Source: Amphritea sp. HPY
GTDB lineage: Bacteria > Pseudomonadota > Gammaproteobacteria > Pseudomonadales > Balneatricaceae
Direction of reading: 5' to 3'
DNA length: 64,000 nt
Assembly (NCBI RefSeq): GCF_050870985.1
Contig: NZ_CP194015.1
Span: 1,941,407-2,005,406 of the forward strand
Part shown: positions 51,513 to 61,389 of the stretch, one piece after another
Position numbering within the stretch: the first letter of the stretch is position 1
How the letters are laid out: each line of letters starts with the position of its first letter
The notes under the pieces: generated by a model
The model's input: only the letters and a program-made list of their open reading frames with translations
Told to the model about the DNA's origin: nothing
Database searches by the model: none
Translations under genes and position numbers: made by a program

Positions 51513-53510
51513 TCAGAATGTCCATACCGCACGGGCATAGACATCACGCTCAATCTCGGTGGTATATGAATTAGTCAGTTCCCCGGAAGCAAACTCAGGA
51601 TGGGACGGATCAAACAGGTTCTGGACATATAAACCCAATTCCAGATCCGGGTTAACCTGCCAGGTGAGCCCGGCATCAACTGTTGTGTAGCCATCGATGG
51701 CTACATTCAGGTTATCCGTAAAACCGTTCTGGTAAGCTACTTTAATATAGCTGCTGAGCGATGACGTGTGCCGATAATCTGAGCGAATGGCTACCTGCTT
51801 TTGAATCATGCTGGGTAGTAACGGCAGGTATTCGGGTCTGTTTGCTCTATTCTGCTGGTCAAGATAGTTGAAGCTTAACTGCAGGCTCCAGTTATACAGC
51901 GGCTGCAGATTGATAAGCAGTTCGCCGCCTTGCTTAACCAGATGCGCGCCATTTACCGTTTTGCCATTAATTTGTGACGGGATGAAAAATGGAGGGAAAG
52001 GGACAACTGCACCTAGCACCTCATTTTCCAAAGACACCGCATTATCCGACTCTATATAAAACAGTGACAGATCAACCTCGACATCATCGAACTGGCCTCG
52101 ATATCCCAACTCATAGTTGTCGAATTTCTCAGCATCAAAATCCGGCGACCCGACGAGAAAACTTTGAACACCTGCTAACGGATCCGGAGTTGGTACTCGC
52201 AGTGTGATATTTGTCGAGTAGTCGGTTGGCGTCAGTACCGAGCGGGATACTCCGCCCCACAGACGGTGTTCCGGGGTCAGTTTATGCATCAGACGTAATG
52301 AAGGCTGATATTCCCAGCCGCTGATCGCATCTTTATCAGCACGGACCGCGCCTATCAGAAAGGTCTGGTCTGCGATCAACTCGACTTCGTTCTGAATAAA
52401 GCCACCGAAGTTATCCAACCGGCTATGGCCGTCACCCTCTATCATAATAAAGTCGTTTTCAACGGTGAAAGCCTTATTCTGCTGATATTCTAATCCCCAA
52501 TCCAGCTTGTGCCTTGCAAACTCAGTATTCATCGAATAGTTCAGATTGAGGAGTTCCAGATTACCATCCAGATCATCAACTGCAGCGCTGCCATCTGAAT
52601 AGGCAAACTGAAGCATCTGACTTCGGGTCGCAGAGAGCCGCTGGTCAAGACGCAGCATCAGATTGGTCTTCTCAGCCACGGTGTTATTTTGCCAGGGGGT
52701 ACCCTGATATAAAGGTGCGGATATTTTATTGGTGGTAATCTCGCTGTCGCTATCCAGATAGCTGGCCTTAACCATCAGTGAGAGGTCATCACTGAAGGTA
52801 TAATCCATGCGGGTACTGAATGAGTCGACTTGTTGGCCATCATGGGCCGGCTCGGCGAAATCAGCCGAACGATCTATTTTCTGTGTACCCAGGTTAATAC
52901 GGTAGCTACCGCCATCACCAAACAGGCCACCATAGCGCAGATTAACTTTTCTTTCGGTACGGGTACCCGTGCCCAGCGTCACTTCGAATCCCTGAGTATC
53001 GATACTGTGGCTGGTAATAATATTGATCACGCCGTTGCTGGCTTTGCTACTCCACAGCGTGCCAGCCGAGCCACGAATCAGCTCGATCCTTTCGATCTCA
53101 CCGAGGGGGATTTCCAGATGTTCCCAGATAGTACCCGGGAAAATAGGGTTGTAAACATAACGACCGTCGATCATCAGCAGAAAGCCTAAGCTCAACTGAT
53201 CGGGGGTTTGCCGTATACCGACCGCGCGCTGACTATTGCTCATCTCCCGGTAGAACAAGCCCGGCAGCAGGCTTACTGCCTCGGTTAAAGTTGTCGCCCC
53301 TGACAGGTTGATCTGATCCGCTGTCAGGACATATACCGATGCGGGTGTATCGATGACAGACTCAACCCGTTTCATTACTGAGGTTGCCTGTACATCGAGA
53401 GACATCAGCGCCTCCAGATCCATCGTATTGATCGAATCCTGATCTGCCAATGCAACCGAACAACAAGTTGTAAAACCAGCGCCTAACAGCCAATATTTCA
53501 TAGTACGCAT
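51513..53510 (-). CDS. TonB-dependent outer-membrane receptor.
   Basis: 665 aa. Signal peptide, plug domain, beta-barrel, and a C-terminal aromatic residue (…ARAVWTF). Confidence 0.9.
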   Translation of the reverse strand: MRTMKYWLLGAGFTTCCSVALADQDSINTMDLEALMSLDVQATSVMKRVESVIDTPASVYVLTADQINLSGATTLTEAVSLLPGLFYREMSNSQRAVGIRQTPDQLSLGFLLMIDGRYVYNPIFPGTIWEHLEIPLGEIERIELIRGSAGTLWSSKASNGVINIITSHSIDTQGFEVTLGTGTRTERKVNLRYGGLFGDGGSYRINLGTQKIDRSADFAEPAHDGQQVDSFSTRMDYTFSDDLSLMVKASYLDSDSEITTNKISAPLYQGTPWQNNTVAEKTNLMLRLDQRLSATRSQMLQFAYSDGSAAVDDLDGNLELLNLNYSMNTEFARHKLDWGLEYQQNKAFTVENDFIMIEGDGHSRLDNFGGFIQNEVELIADQTFLIGAVRADKDAISGWEYQPSLRLMHKLTPEHRLWGGVSRSVLTPTDYSTNITLRVPTPDPLAGVQSFLVGSPDFDAEKFDNYELGYRGQFDDVEVDLSLFYIESDNAVSLENEVLGAVVPFPPFFIPSQINGKTVNGAHLVKQGGELLINLQPLYNWSLQLSFNYLDQQNRANRPEYLPLLPSMIQKQVAIRSDYRHTSSLSSYIKVAYQNGFTDNLNVAIDGYTTVDAGLTWQVNPDLELGLYVQNLFDPSHPEFASGELTNSYTTEIERDVYARAVWTF

Positions 53511-53729
53511 AATTTATACCTTACTCCCTAGATTCCATATCATGACCTATCAAAAGGCCGTCCATTCCAACTTTGTCACCATCCATTCTGGTGCACAATT
53601 ACCGGCCATAATACCTCAAAACTACTCATTCTGATGAAAATTATTGACAACAGTTTGATTATCGTCACTACGACCGGTTTTATTTGATGCTACTGTTGCC
53701 GCATTATTGTTATCTAATCGGTTATTTTA

Positions 53730-54371
53730 ATGGCACGCCCTAACACTCTGACCCCCGCGACTATCTCAGCCGCCGATTCGACACTAGTTTACCGGATCGA
53801 AGACAACCTATATGTCAATCTGACAGATCGCTGCACCCTGGCATGCCAGTTTTGCCCTAAACATAACGGTTGTACTGAGGTAAAGGGCTATGAGCTGGAG
53901 CTTGGCCAACGGCCGGATGCTGAAAAAATTATCGGCCTGATCGGTGACCCGAAAAACTATAACGCCATCGTCTTTTGCGGTTACGGTGAACCGACTTTAC
54001 GCCTCAAAGTACTGTTAGAGATCGCCCACTGGATTAAAGCTAACGGCGGCAACACCCGGATCAATACTGACGGCTTAGGCAATCTGGTAAACAAGCGAAA
54101 TATTTTGCCTGAACTTGGCGAATGTATTGATGCACTCTCGATCTCACTGAATGCACAGAATGAAGAGATCTATAATCGCCACTGCGTACCCGCTCTTAGC
54201 GGTGCCTATGACGCAATGCTGGACTTCGTTGAGCAGGCTCCGCACTATATTACTGATGTCAGCGCCAGTGCTATCAACGGCTTACAAGGTGTCGATATTG
54301 ACGCATGCCGCCAACTGTCAGAACAGCGCGGCGTAAAATTCCGCCAGCGGGAGCTGGACGTTGTTGGATAA
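53730..54371 (+). CDS. Radical SAM protein, TatD-associated small family (TIGR04038-like).
   Basis: 213 aa. CTLACQFC is a CxxxCxxC cluster motif. Confidence 0.55.
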   Translation: MARPNTLTPATISAADSTLVYRIEDNLYVNLTDRCTLACQFCPKHNGCTEVKGYELELGQRPDAEKIIGLIGDPKNYNAIVFCGYGEPTLRLKVLLEIAHWIKANGGNTRINTDGLGNLVNKRNILPELGECIDALSISLNAQNEEIYNRHCVPALSGAYDAMLDFVEQAPHYITDVSASAINGLQGVDIDACRQLSEQRGVKFRQRELDVVG

Positions 54372-55380
54372 CACATATTTAGTCGCACCAGCCCAGGCAT
54401 CAGCCAACCCGGACATGAACCTGACCCGGTATATCAATACCTTTGCCTGTGCGATGCAGCAGCGTTACGGCGAAAAAGTACATAAGGTCTCGATCAATGC
54501 GGCCTTCACCTGCCCTAACCGGGACGGCACTAAAGGCATTGGCGGTTGCACCTTCTGCAACAATTCATCATTCAACCCCAATACCCAACAAGCACCCGGA
54601 GTGTGTGAACAGGTTGCGGCCGGTAAGCAGGTGATACGCAAGCGCACAGGTGCACGAAAGTATCTGGCCTACTTCCAGGCATACACCAACACTTACGCTG
54701 AAATCAGTAGCCTTAAAGCACTCTATGATGAAGCGCTTGCCATCGATGATGTGATCGGCCTGTCGATAGGTACCCGCCCCGATTGCGTACCGGACAAAGT
54801 TCTCGACCTGTTGGCCAGCTATCGCGATCAGGGTTACGAAATCTGGCTTGAGCTGGGCCTGCAATCCACTTCAGATAAAGTCTTGCAAGGGGTCAATCGA
54901 GGCCACGGCTTCGGCGAATATGTTGATGCAGTAAACCGAGTTCAACAAAGGGAGCTGCAGTACTGCACCCATCTCATTGCAGGCCTGCCGGGGGAATCCG
55001 TTCAGGCCACCGCAGACTCTGCTCAGCGAGTAATCTCCATGGGGACTACTGGCCTGAAACTACATCCATTACATATTGTCCGCGGCACCCAGATGGCCCG
55101 CCAGTGGAAACAGGGCGGCGTCACACCGATGACGCTTGATGAATACATCCAGGTGGTCGCAGATATTGTCTGTGAAGCACCGCCTGAACTGATATTTCAT
55201 CGCCTGACCGGCACGGCTAATAAGGATCTGCTACTGGCGCCGGACTGGACCGAATATAAGTGGAAGGTACTGAATGGTATCTATCTGGAGCTGGAACAAC
55301 GGGGAACCATCCAGGGTAGCGCCTTCGGCGCAAGGATTCGTCAGGATAACAACGCGATAATTCAAAGTCTTAGTATATAA
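54361..55380 (+). CDS. yhcC: TIGR01212-family radical SAM protein (YhcC-like).
   Basis: 339 aa, ...AAFTCPNRDGTKGIGGCTFCNNSSFNP... is characteristic of YhcC. Confidence 0.8.
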   Translation: MLDNTYLVAPAQASANPDMNLTRYINTFACAMQQRYGEKVHKVSINAAFTCPNRDGTKGIGGCTFCNNSSFNPNTQQAPGVCEQVAAGKQVIRKRTGARKYLAYFQAYTNTYAEISSLKALYDEALAIDDVIGLSIGTRPDCVPDKVLDLLASYRDQGYEIWLELGLQSTSDKVLQGVNRGHGFGEYVDAVNRVQQRELQYCTHLIAGLPGESVQATADSAQRVISMGTTGLKLHPLHIVRGTQMARQWKQGGVTPMTLDEYIQVVADIVCEAPPELIFHRLTGTANKDLLLAPDWTEYKWKVLNGIYLELEQRGTIQGSAFGARIRQDNNAIIQSLSI

Positions 55381-55640
55381 CTCGTTGTTCGTGGCTCGAA
55401 CGTCGCTTCGCAACTTGCTCGTGGCTCGGAAAAGCCTTCCTAAGCAGGAGCTGTGAATGGTTTCACAGAAAAGCTTGGTAAGAAAGTTGGGTAAAAGCGT
55501 GTTTAGAGGCGTATTTACAGACTTTCTTACCCGTCACACTGTTAAGCTTTTCTAACAAACAGCATAAAGAAGGATTTTCTGGTTTTTCGAGCAACGAGTA
55601 ACGAGCAACGATCTTTTAGTTTTTCGAGCTACGATTGTTT
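55381..55640. repeat. MITE-like structured intergenic element of about 260 bp with terminal inverted repeats.
   Basis: Left end CTCGTTGTTCGTGGCTCGAACG..CTTGCTCGTGGCTCGG. Right end TTCGAGCAACGAGTAACGAGCAACG..TTTTTCGAGCTACG, the reverse complement. An internal 11-bp stem GGTAAGAAAGT...ACTTTCTTACC lies at 55487-55530. Confidence 0.4.
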
Positions 55641-56096
55641 CCGCTTCAGCATATGCGTCACAATAAAGCTGATCACCTGATCGTTATGCTGGTTATAGCC
55701 CCGTACATAATAACGAATAACACCCAGATCAGCCTTCGATGCTGAAGCATTATGTTCAATGATTTCCAGCTCGGATCTAAGCGTATCTCCCGGTCTGACC
55801 GGCGCCATAAAACGGGTTTCATCAATTGCAGGCCCACCCAGCGAACAAGCTTCAAAGATCCCCTGCTGCACCAGCAACCTGAAGCACAACCCCATCGTCT
55901 GGAAACCACTGGCAATCAGACCACCAAAGTGGCTCTCAGCCGCCGCATTAACATCGATATGGAAGCTCTGCGGATCATAGGTCAGCGCAAAATCAATCAT
56001 CTGCGCTTCGGTCAGCGTCGCACTGCGTCCCTGAAAAACATCGCCCACTGCGAAATCGTCAAAATATCTGTCCATCTCTCTCCCCTTTATATTCAT
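55629..56096 (-). CDS. MaoC-family (hot-dog fold) dehydratase.
   Basis: 155 aa. The start could instead be MDRYFDD at 56075. Confidence 0.75.
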   Translation of the reverse strand: MNIKGREMDRYFDDFAVGDVFQGRSATLTEAQMIDFALTYDPQSFHIDVNAAAESHFGGLIASGFQTMGLCFRLLVQQGIFEACSLGGPAIDETRFMAPVRPGDTLRSELEIIEHNASASKADLGVIRYYVRGYNQHNDQVISFIVTHMLKRKQS

Positions 56097-56258
56097 TATT
56101 TTTTGTTAGCAAGAGGTATATCTTTTTCAACATTGGCAACAGCCAATGCGAGGTAAGCGCAGCCAGCAATGTTTCATTGCGCCTGCTGCGTGATACCGAC
56201 ATCTGCTCAGGGTTTACCGGGCTGGGTAGAACTTTGAACCTTAGCCTGAGCAGATAAA

Positions 56259-56286
56259 ACAAAAAAAAGGGAAGCAAGCTTCCCCT
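56259..56286 (-). terminator. Rho-independent terminator of prpE.
   Basis: GGGAAGC-AA-GCTTCCC hairpin followed by 8 T on the minus strand. Confidence 0.6.
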
Positions 56287-56381
56287 AAAAAGGTACCTTT
56301 GCAAGTACCAGCGCTATTTCAGACAAGCAAAATCTAAACAGACATCTGAATAAGAGATGCCTGTTTTAAAAGGCCAGCGAG

Positions 56382-58271
56382 CTACTTAAGCATACCCGCC
56401 TGATCCATCAGTTCAGTAATTTCACCGAGGATACTTTCATCATCAATGGTGGATGGCATCTTATACTCTTCATTCGCCGCGATCTTACGCAGAATAGCGC
56501 GCAGGATCTTACCTGAGCGGGTCTTCGGCAGACGCTGCACGATAACTGCCCGGCGGAAACAAGCCAGTGCACCGACCTGATCACGCACCATCTGTACCAG
56601 TTCAGCTTCCAGCTGTTGCTCATCTACCTCTTCACCGGCTTTCAGCACGATCAGACCAACCGGCAGCTGCCCGCGCAGAGAATCATTCATACCGATAACG
56701 GCACACTCGGCAACCGCCGAATGGGATGACACGACTTCTTCCATTTCACCGGTCGACAGACGATGACCCGATACGTTGATCACATCATCGGTACGCCCGG
56801 TGATGTAGACGTAACCATCGTCATCTTTAAAACCACCATCACCGGTATGGTAGTAACCCGGGAATGCAGTCAGATAGGAGTCAGTAAAGCGCTCCGGCTG
56901 ATTCCAGATATCCCACGCTACACCTGGTGGCATCGGCAGGGTCACTACGATGTTGCCGGTTTCGTTAGGCTCGACCTTGTTACCTTCGCCGTCCACCACC
57001 TGAATGTCATAACCCGGTATCGGCTTATTGGTCGACCCTAAACGCGCCGCTGAAGGACTATCCCAGCCCATCATCGGTGAAGTCATCGGCCAGCCGGTTT
57101 CGGTCTGCCACCAGTGATCGATTACCGGTACCTTAAGCAGGTCATCAAGCCAGTTATAGGTCGACGAATCGAGCTTCTCACCGGCAACAAACACCCAGTT
57201 GAGGCTCGACAGATCATATTTCTTCGACAGTGCACCTTCCGGATCTTCCTTACGGATTGCACGGAAAGCGGTTGGCGCACAGAACATTGAATTGACGCCA
57301 TACTCTTCGATCACGCGCCAGAAAGTACCGGCATCTGGATTGCGGATCGGTTTACCTTCGAAAAAGATAGCGCTACAGCCCCCCATCAAAGGACCGTAAA
57401 CGATAAAGGAGTGACCAACGACCCAACCGATATCGGATGCGCCCCACCAGATATCGCCGGGATTCATGCCGTAGACATTATGCAACGCGTAGTTCAGTGC
57501 CACCGCATGGCCGCCATTATCACGCACGATGCCTTTTGGTGCCCCTGTAGTACCTGAGGTATACAGGATATATAACGGATCACTGCCTTTAACCGGCACG
57601 CAATCGGCAGGCTCGGCACCTTGCTGGAAATCGTTCCAATCAAGATCACGCTCACCCTGCATTTCAGCTGCCAGCATAGGACGCTGGAAAACAATCGTAT
57701 TGTCAGGCTTGTGTGTGGCCAGATCGATCGCTTTATCCACCAGCGGCTTATACGCGATCTGCTTATCAAACTCGATACCGCAAGACGCCGTTATAATCAG
57801 TTTCGGCTTGGCATCATCGATTCGGATCGCCATCTCGTTCGGCGCAAAACCACCAAATACGACCGAGTGAATTGCGCCGATACGGGCACAGGCCAGCATC
57901 GCGACTGCTGCTTGCGGAATCATCGGCATATAGATTACAACGGTATCGCCCTTCTCTACCCCAAGGCCTTTCATCGCTCCAGCAAACTGCGCAACCTGCT
58001 GATGCAGTTCGCGGTACGTAATTGCCTGCTTAGAGTTGGTCGCTGGCGAATCATAATACAGCGCTACCTGGTCACCGCGGGTTTCCAGATGCTGATCCAG
58101 CGCCAGATAGCAGCTATTCAGTTCACCATCGGGATACCAGCTAAAGGTACCGTTTGCGGTTTTTTCAAGAATAGTTTGCGGCTTTTTAAACCAGCTGATG
58201 CGGTTGGCCTGTTCGGCCCAGTATGCTTCCGGATTCTGTTGTGCAGCCCGGTACTCTTCGTTGTAACCCAT
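56382..58271 (-). CDS. prpE: Propionate--CoA ligase.
   Basis: 629 aa. ACS/PrpE family with MPMIPQAAVAMLACARIGAIHSVVFGGFA, YTSGTTGAPKG and LPKTRSGKI motifs. Closer to PrpE than to Acs. Confidence 0.88.
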   Translation of the reverse strand: MGYNEEYRAAQQNPEAYWAEQANRISWFKKPQTILEKTANGTFSWYPDGELNSCYLALDQHLETRGDQVALYYDSPATNSKQAITYRELHQQVAQFAGAMKGLGVEKGDTVVIYMPMIPQAAVAMLACARIGAIHSVVFGGFAPNEMAIRIDDAKPKLIITASCGIEFDKQIAYKPLVDKAIDLATHKPDNTIVFQRPMLAAEMQGERDLDWNDFQQGAEPADCVPVKGSDPLYILYTSGTTGAPKGIVRDNGGHAVALNYALHNVYGMNPGDIWWGASDIGWVVGHSFIVYGPLMGGCSAIFFEGKPIRNPDAGTFWRVIEEYGVNSMFCAPTAFRAIRKEDPEGALSKKYDLSSLNWVFVAGEKLDSSTYNWLDDLLKVPVIDHWWQTETGWPMTSPMMGWDSPSAARLGSTNKPIPGYDIQVVDGEGNKVEPNETGNIVVTLPMPPGVAWDIWNQPERFTDSYLTAFPGYYHTGDGGFKDDDGYVYITGRTDDVINVSGHRLSTGEMEEVVSSHSAVAECAVIGMNDSLRGQLPVGLIVLKAGEEVDEQQLEAELVQMVRDQVGALACFRRAVIVQRLPKTRSGKILRAILRKIAANEEYKMPSTIDDESILGEITELMDQAGMLK

Positions 58272-58475
58272 TACCTAACTCCTGAACTTTTTCTTATAGG
58301 GAGTCTGCCGAGCGAAACCGACAGGTGGTCATATATCTTGTTCTGGTAATTCTTAGTGCTGAAATGAATGCGGTAGAGCAAGGCAAATTTTGTCGAAATA
58401 GCGGAGCCTACACACCGTAGGTGAGCATATTGAGACTAAATTTAACGCCGCTATCCCGCATTCAGGCGGCACTGA

Positions 58476-59366
58476 TTAGCTATCCTGATACAGTTTGATC
58501 ACGCTTGAGAAATCCAGACCGCCATTACCTTTCGCTTTATGCAAGCTAAACAGTGAACGCGCCGCAGAGCCCATTGGAACCGCAGCAGCACTCTGCTGAC
58601 TCAGGTCCATCGCCAGCCCCAGATCTTTAAACATCAGATCAACCTGGAAACCACCCTGGTAGTCGTTAGAAGAAGGCACCCCGTCCATCACACCGGGTAC
58701 CGGGTTGTATACGTTCAGCGCCCAGTTACCACCGGAACTTTGCTTCATAATCTCTGACAGTACCGCCGGATCCAGACCGTTCTTCATGCCCATATTCAGA
58801 GCTTCACAGGTACCGGTCATCAGAATTGACAACAGCATGTTGTTACACGCTTTAGCGATCTGGCCCGCACCACTCTGACCCGCATGGAAGATATTCTTGC
58901 CCATGACATCAAGAATTGGCTTAGCCTTGGCAAACTGCTCATCTGTTGCACCCACCATGAATGCCAGGGTACCGGCGACCGCGCCACCAACACCACCGGA
59001 TACCGGCGCATCGATAAAGCTCAGGCCACGCTCAGCCGCAGCTGCAGAAACACTCTGCGCTGTTGCTGCATCAATAGTCGAGGAATCGATAATCAGGGCA
59101 TCTTTAGATACCACATCAAACAGCGGTTGATCGCCGCTCTGGTACAGGCCTTGTACATGCTTACCTGCTGGTAGCATTGAAACAATAAAGTCAGCGCCTG
59201 TAGCTGCTTCTACCGCAGATGCAGCGGCACTGGCACCTTCTGATACCACATGATCCAGTGCTGCCTGAGACAGGTCGAATGCTTTAACTGAGTGACCCGC
59301 CTTAACCAGGTTGATCGCCATTGGGCCGCCCATGTTGCCCAAGCCAATAAATCCTATTGTAGCCAT
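58476..59366 (-). CDS. mmsB: 3-hydroxyisobutyrate dehydrogenase.
   Basis: MATIGFIGLGNMGGPMAINL NAD-binding motif. 296 aa. Confidence 0.88.
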   Translation of the reverse strand: MATIGFIGLGNMGGPMAINLVKAGHSVKAFDLSQAALDHVVSEGASAAASAVEAATGADFIVSMLPAGKHVQGLYQSGDQPLFDVVSKDALIIDSSTIDAATAQSVSAAAAERGLSFIDAPVSGGVGGAVAGTLAFMVGATDEQFAKAKPILDVMGKNIFHAGQSGAGQIAKACNNMLLSILMTGTCEALNMGMKNGLDPAVLSEIMKQSSGGNWALNVYNPVPGVMDGVPSSNDYQGGFQVDLMFKDLGLAMDLSQQSAAAVPMGSAARSLFSLHKAKGNGGLDFSSVIKLYQDS

Positions 59367-59416
59367 AACACTTTGCCTCTTTTAATTCTTATTTAATTCT
59401 TTCAGAAACGACGGAA

Positions 59417-60553
59417 TCACATATCTGCCAGTGGATTCACTTCCCACGGCGAAACAAAGAATTCATCAACCACTGCCTGATCTACTTCACCGACAGTCTT
59501 GTAAGTCCACTGTGGCGCGCCATCTTTATCCACCAGCAATGCCCGTACACCTTCGGGGAATTCACGGTGCTTACTACACTGTACCGACAGAATCAGCTCA
59601 CTTTCGAAGATCTGTTTAAGGGACATATGCTTAGTTACATCCATCTGCTTCTTGATCAGATGCACCGCCAGTGGGCTACCGTGGCTGATCGCTTTCTGCG
59701 CCCGGGTGATCCACTTGTCATCACTTTCTTCGGCCAGCAGTGCTTCAACAACCTCACTAACACTGTCCTGATCGGTGACTTTCTGAATAAAATCAAAATG
59801 ACTCTGAACCGGCGAATCAGTATCAAAAGCTGACTGGGATTCTTCCTCAAGCTCGCGCAGTACCCGGTTAGTCGATGCCGTAGCATCACCATCCCAGGAC
59901 TCAGCCTGTAACCGCTCTACCAGCAGACCACGACACTCTGAAGCGATAAAGCGGTCTGCCAGGCCCAGAAACAGCGCATCGGCTGCATTCATCGGATTTC
60001 CGGTCAGGCCCAGGAACAAACCTGTGCGACCAGGCATATGGTTGAGGAACCAGCTGCCACCGACATCCGGATATAAACCGATAGTCACTTCCGGCATCGC
60101 CATACGGGTTTTCTCAGTCACAACCCTATGGCTGCAACCGTTCATCAGACCCATACCGCCGCCCATCACGATACCGTGGCCCCAGCATATGATCGGCTTA
60201 GGATAAGTATGGATGGTGTAATCGAGAATATATTCCCGGGCAAAGAAATCGGTAGCAAAGTTCGGATCACCCTCACCCACCATCGACTTATACAGATCGA
60301 CGACGTCGCCACCGGCACAAAATGCCTTCTCACCGGCACTGTTGAACAGTACGCAGACAACCGAATCATCACTCTTCCACGCATCCAGCTTCGGCTGGAT
60401 CAGGTCGATCATCTCCAGCGTCAGGGAGTTCAGGGTACGCTCTGAATTCAACCGGATCTCAACAATTTTCTTACCATCCTGAGTTGCAAACTCATTAAAC
60501 AATACACAGCTCATAGTCATTTTCTCCTGTATACCGCTTAGCGGTTTTTCCAT
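59417..60553 (-). CDS. 3-hydroxyisobutyryl-CoA hydrolase (crotonase-fold).
   Basis: Hydrolase-type enoyl-CoA hydratase/isomerase family, about 360-378 aa. The start is ambiguous between M1, M12 and M14. Confidence 0.75.
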   Translation of the reverse strand: MEKPLSGIQEKMTMSCVLFNEFATQDGKKIVEIRLNSERTLNSLTLEMIDLIQPKLDAWKSDDSVVCVLFNSAGEKAFCAGGDVVDLYKSMVGEGDPNFATDFFAREYILDYTIHTYPKPIICWGHGIVMGGGMGLMNGCSHRVVTEKTRMAMPEVTIGLYPDVGGSWFLNHMPGRTGLFLGLTGNPMNAADALFLGLADRFIASECRGLLVERLQAESWDGDATASTNRVLRELEEESQSAFDTDSPVQSHFDFIQKVTDQDSVSEVVEALLAEESDDKWITRAQKAISHGSPLAVHLIKKQMDVTKHMSLKQIFESELILSVQCSKHREFPEGVRALLVDKDGAPQWTYKTVGEVDQAVVDEFFVSPWEVNPLADM

Positions 60554-61314
60554 TCTGGGGCACGCTTACCAAGGAACGCATTGACGCCCTCTTTCTGATC
60601 TTCGGTGAAGAACAGATCAACAAACAACTCACGCTCAAGAATATAACCGGCATCCCAGTGATTAGTACGGTTGTTCTGGATCAACTGCTTGCAGGAAGCC
60701 ACCGCAGTCGGGCTCTGATGAGCGACATTAGCTGCCAGCTCAAGTGCTTTTTCCAGTGCCTGACCCTGAGGTACAACTTCCTCTACCAGACCGATCTCCA
60801 GCGCCTTCGCCGCCTTAATACGCTCACCACATAGAATGAGACGCTTAGTCCAGCCTTCGCCAACCAGCATGGTCAGATTCTGCGTACCACCGGCACATGG
60901 CAGTAGACCCACTTTCGCTTCTGGCAGCGCCATCTGCGACTGCTCCTCAGCAATACGAACATCACAGGCCAGCGCCACTTCCAGACCACCGCCCATAGCA
61001 AAACCGTTAATCGCCGCGATCGATACGCCGCGGAATTTACTCAGGGTTTCGAACGCTTCACCAAAATAGCGCGCCATATCACGGGCAACGCTGCGATCAC
61101 CGTCGGCAAACAGGTTCAGATCGGCACCGGCAGAGAAAAACTTTTCGCCCTGGCCTGTTATCACCAGACTATAGATATCAAGGTCAGCATTAAGCTCTTC
61201 CACCAGTGTTTTTAAACCCTTCAGGCTTTCTTCAGTCCAGGTATTCGCGGGCGGGTTGTTCATTGTCAGCAGCGCAATATTGCCGCGCTTTTCAACAATC
61301 AGCTTATCGGTCAT
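60538..61314 (-). CDS. Enoyl-CoA hydratase (crotonase family). Methacrylyl-CoA hydratase is likely.
   Basis: 258 aa. ..FFSAGADL.. oxyanion-hole motif. Confidence 0.85.
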   Translation of the reverse strand: MTDKLIVEKRGNIALLTMNNPPANTWTEESLKGLKTLVEELNADLDIYSLVITGQGEKFFSAGADLNLFADGDRSVARDMARYFGEAFETLSKFRGVSIAAINGFAMGGGLEVALACDVRIAEEQSQMALPEAKVGLLPCAGGTQNLTMLVGEGWTKRLILCGERIKAAKALEIGLVEEVVPQGQALEKALELAANVAHQSPTAVASCKQLIQNNRTNHWDAGYILERELFVDLFFTEDQKEGVNAFLGKRAPEWKNR

Positions 61315-61389
61315 AGCGTTCTTCCTTTTTATTCTGACAGGACGTTAATTTCGTCCTTTTATGTTCTTATTAGCGCTTCAGCTCACCCG

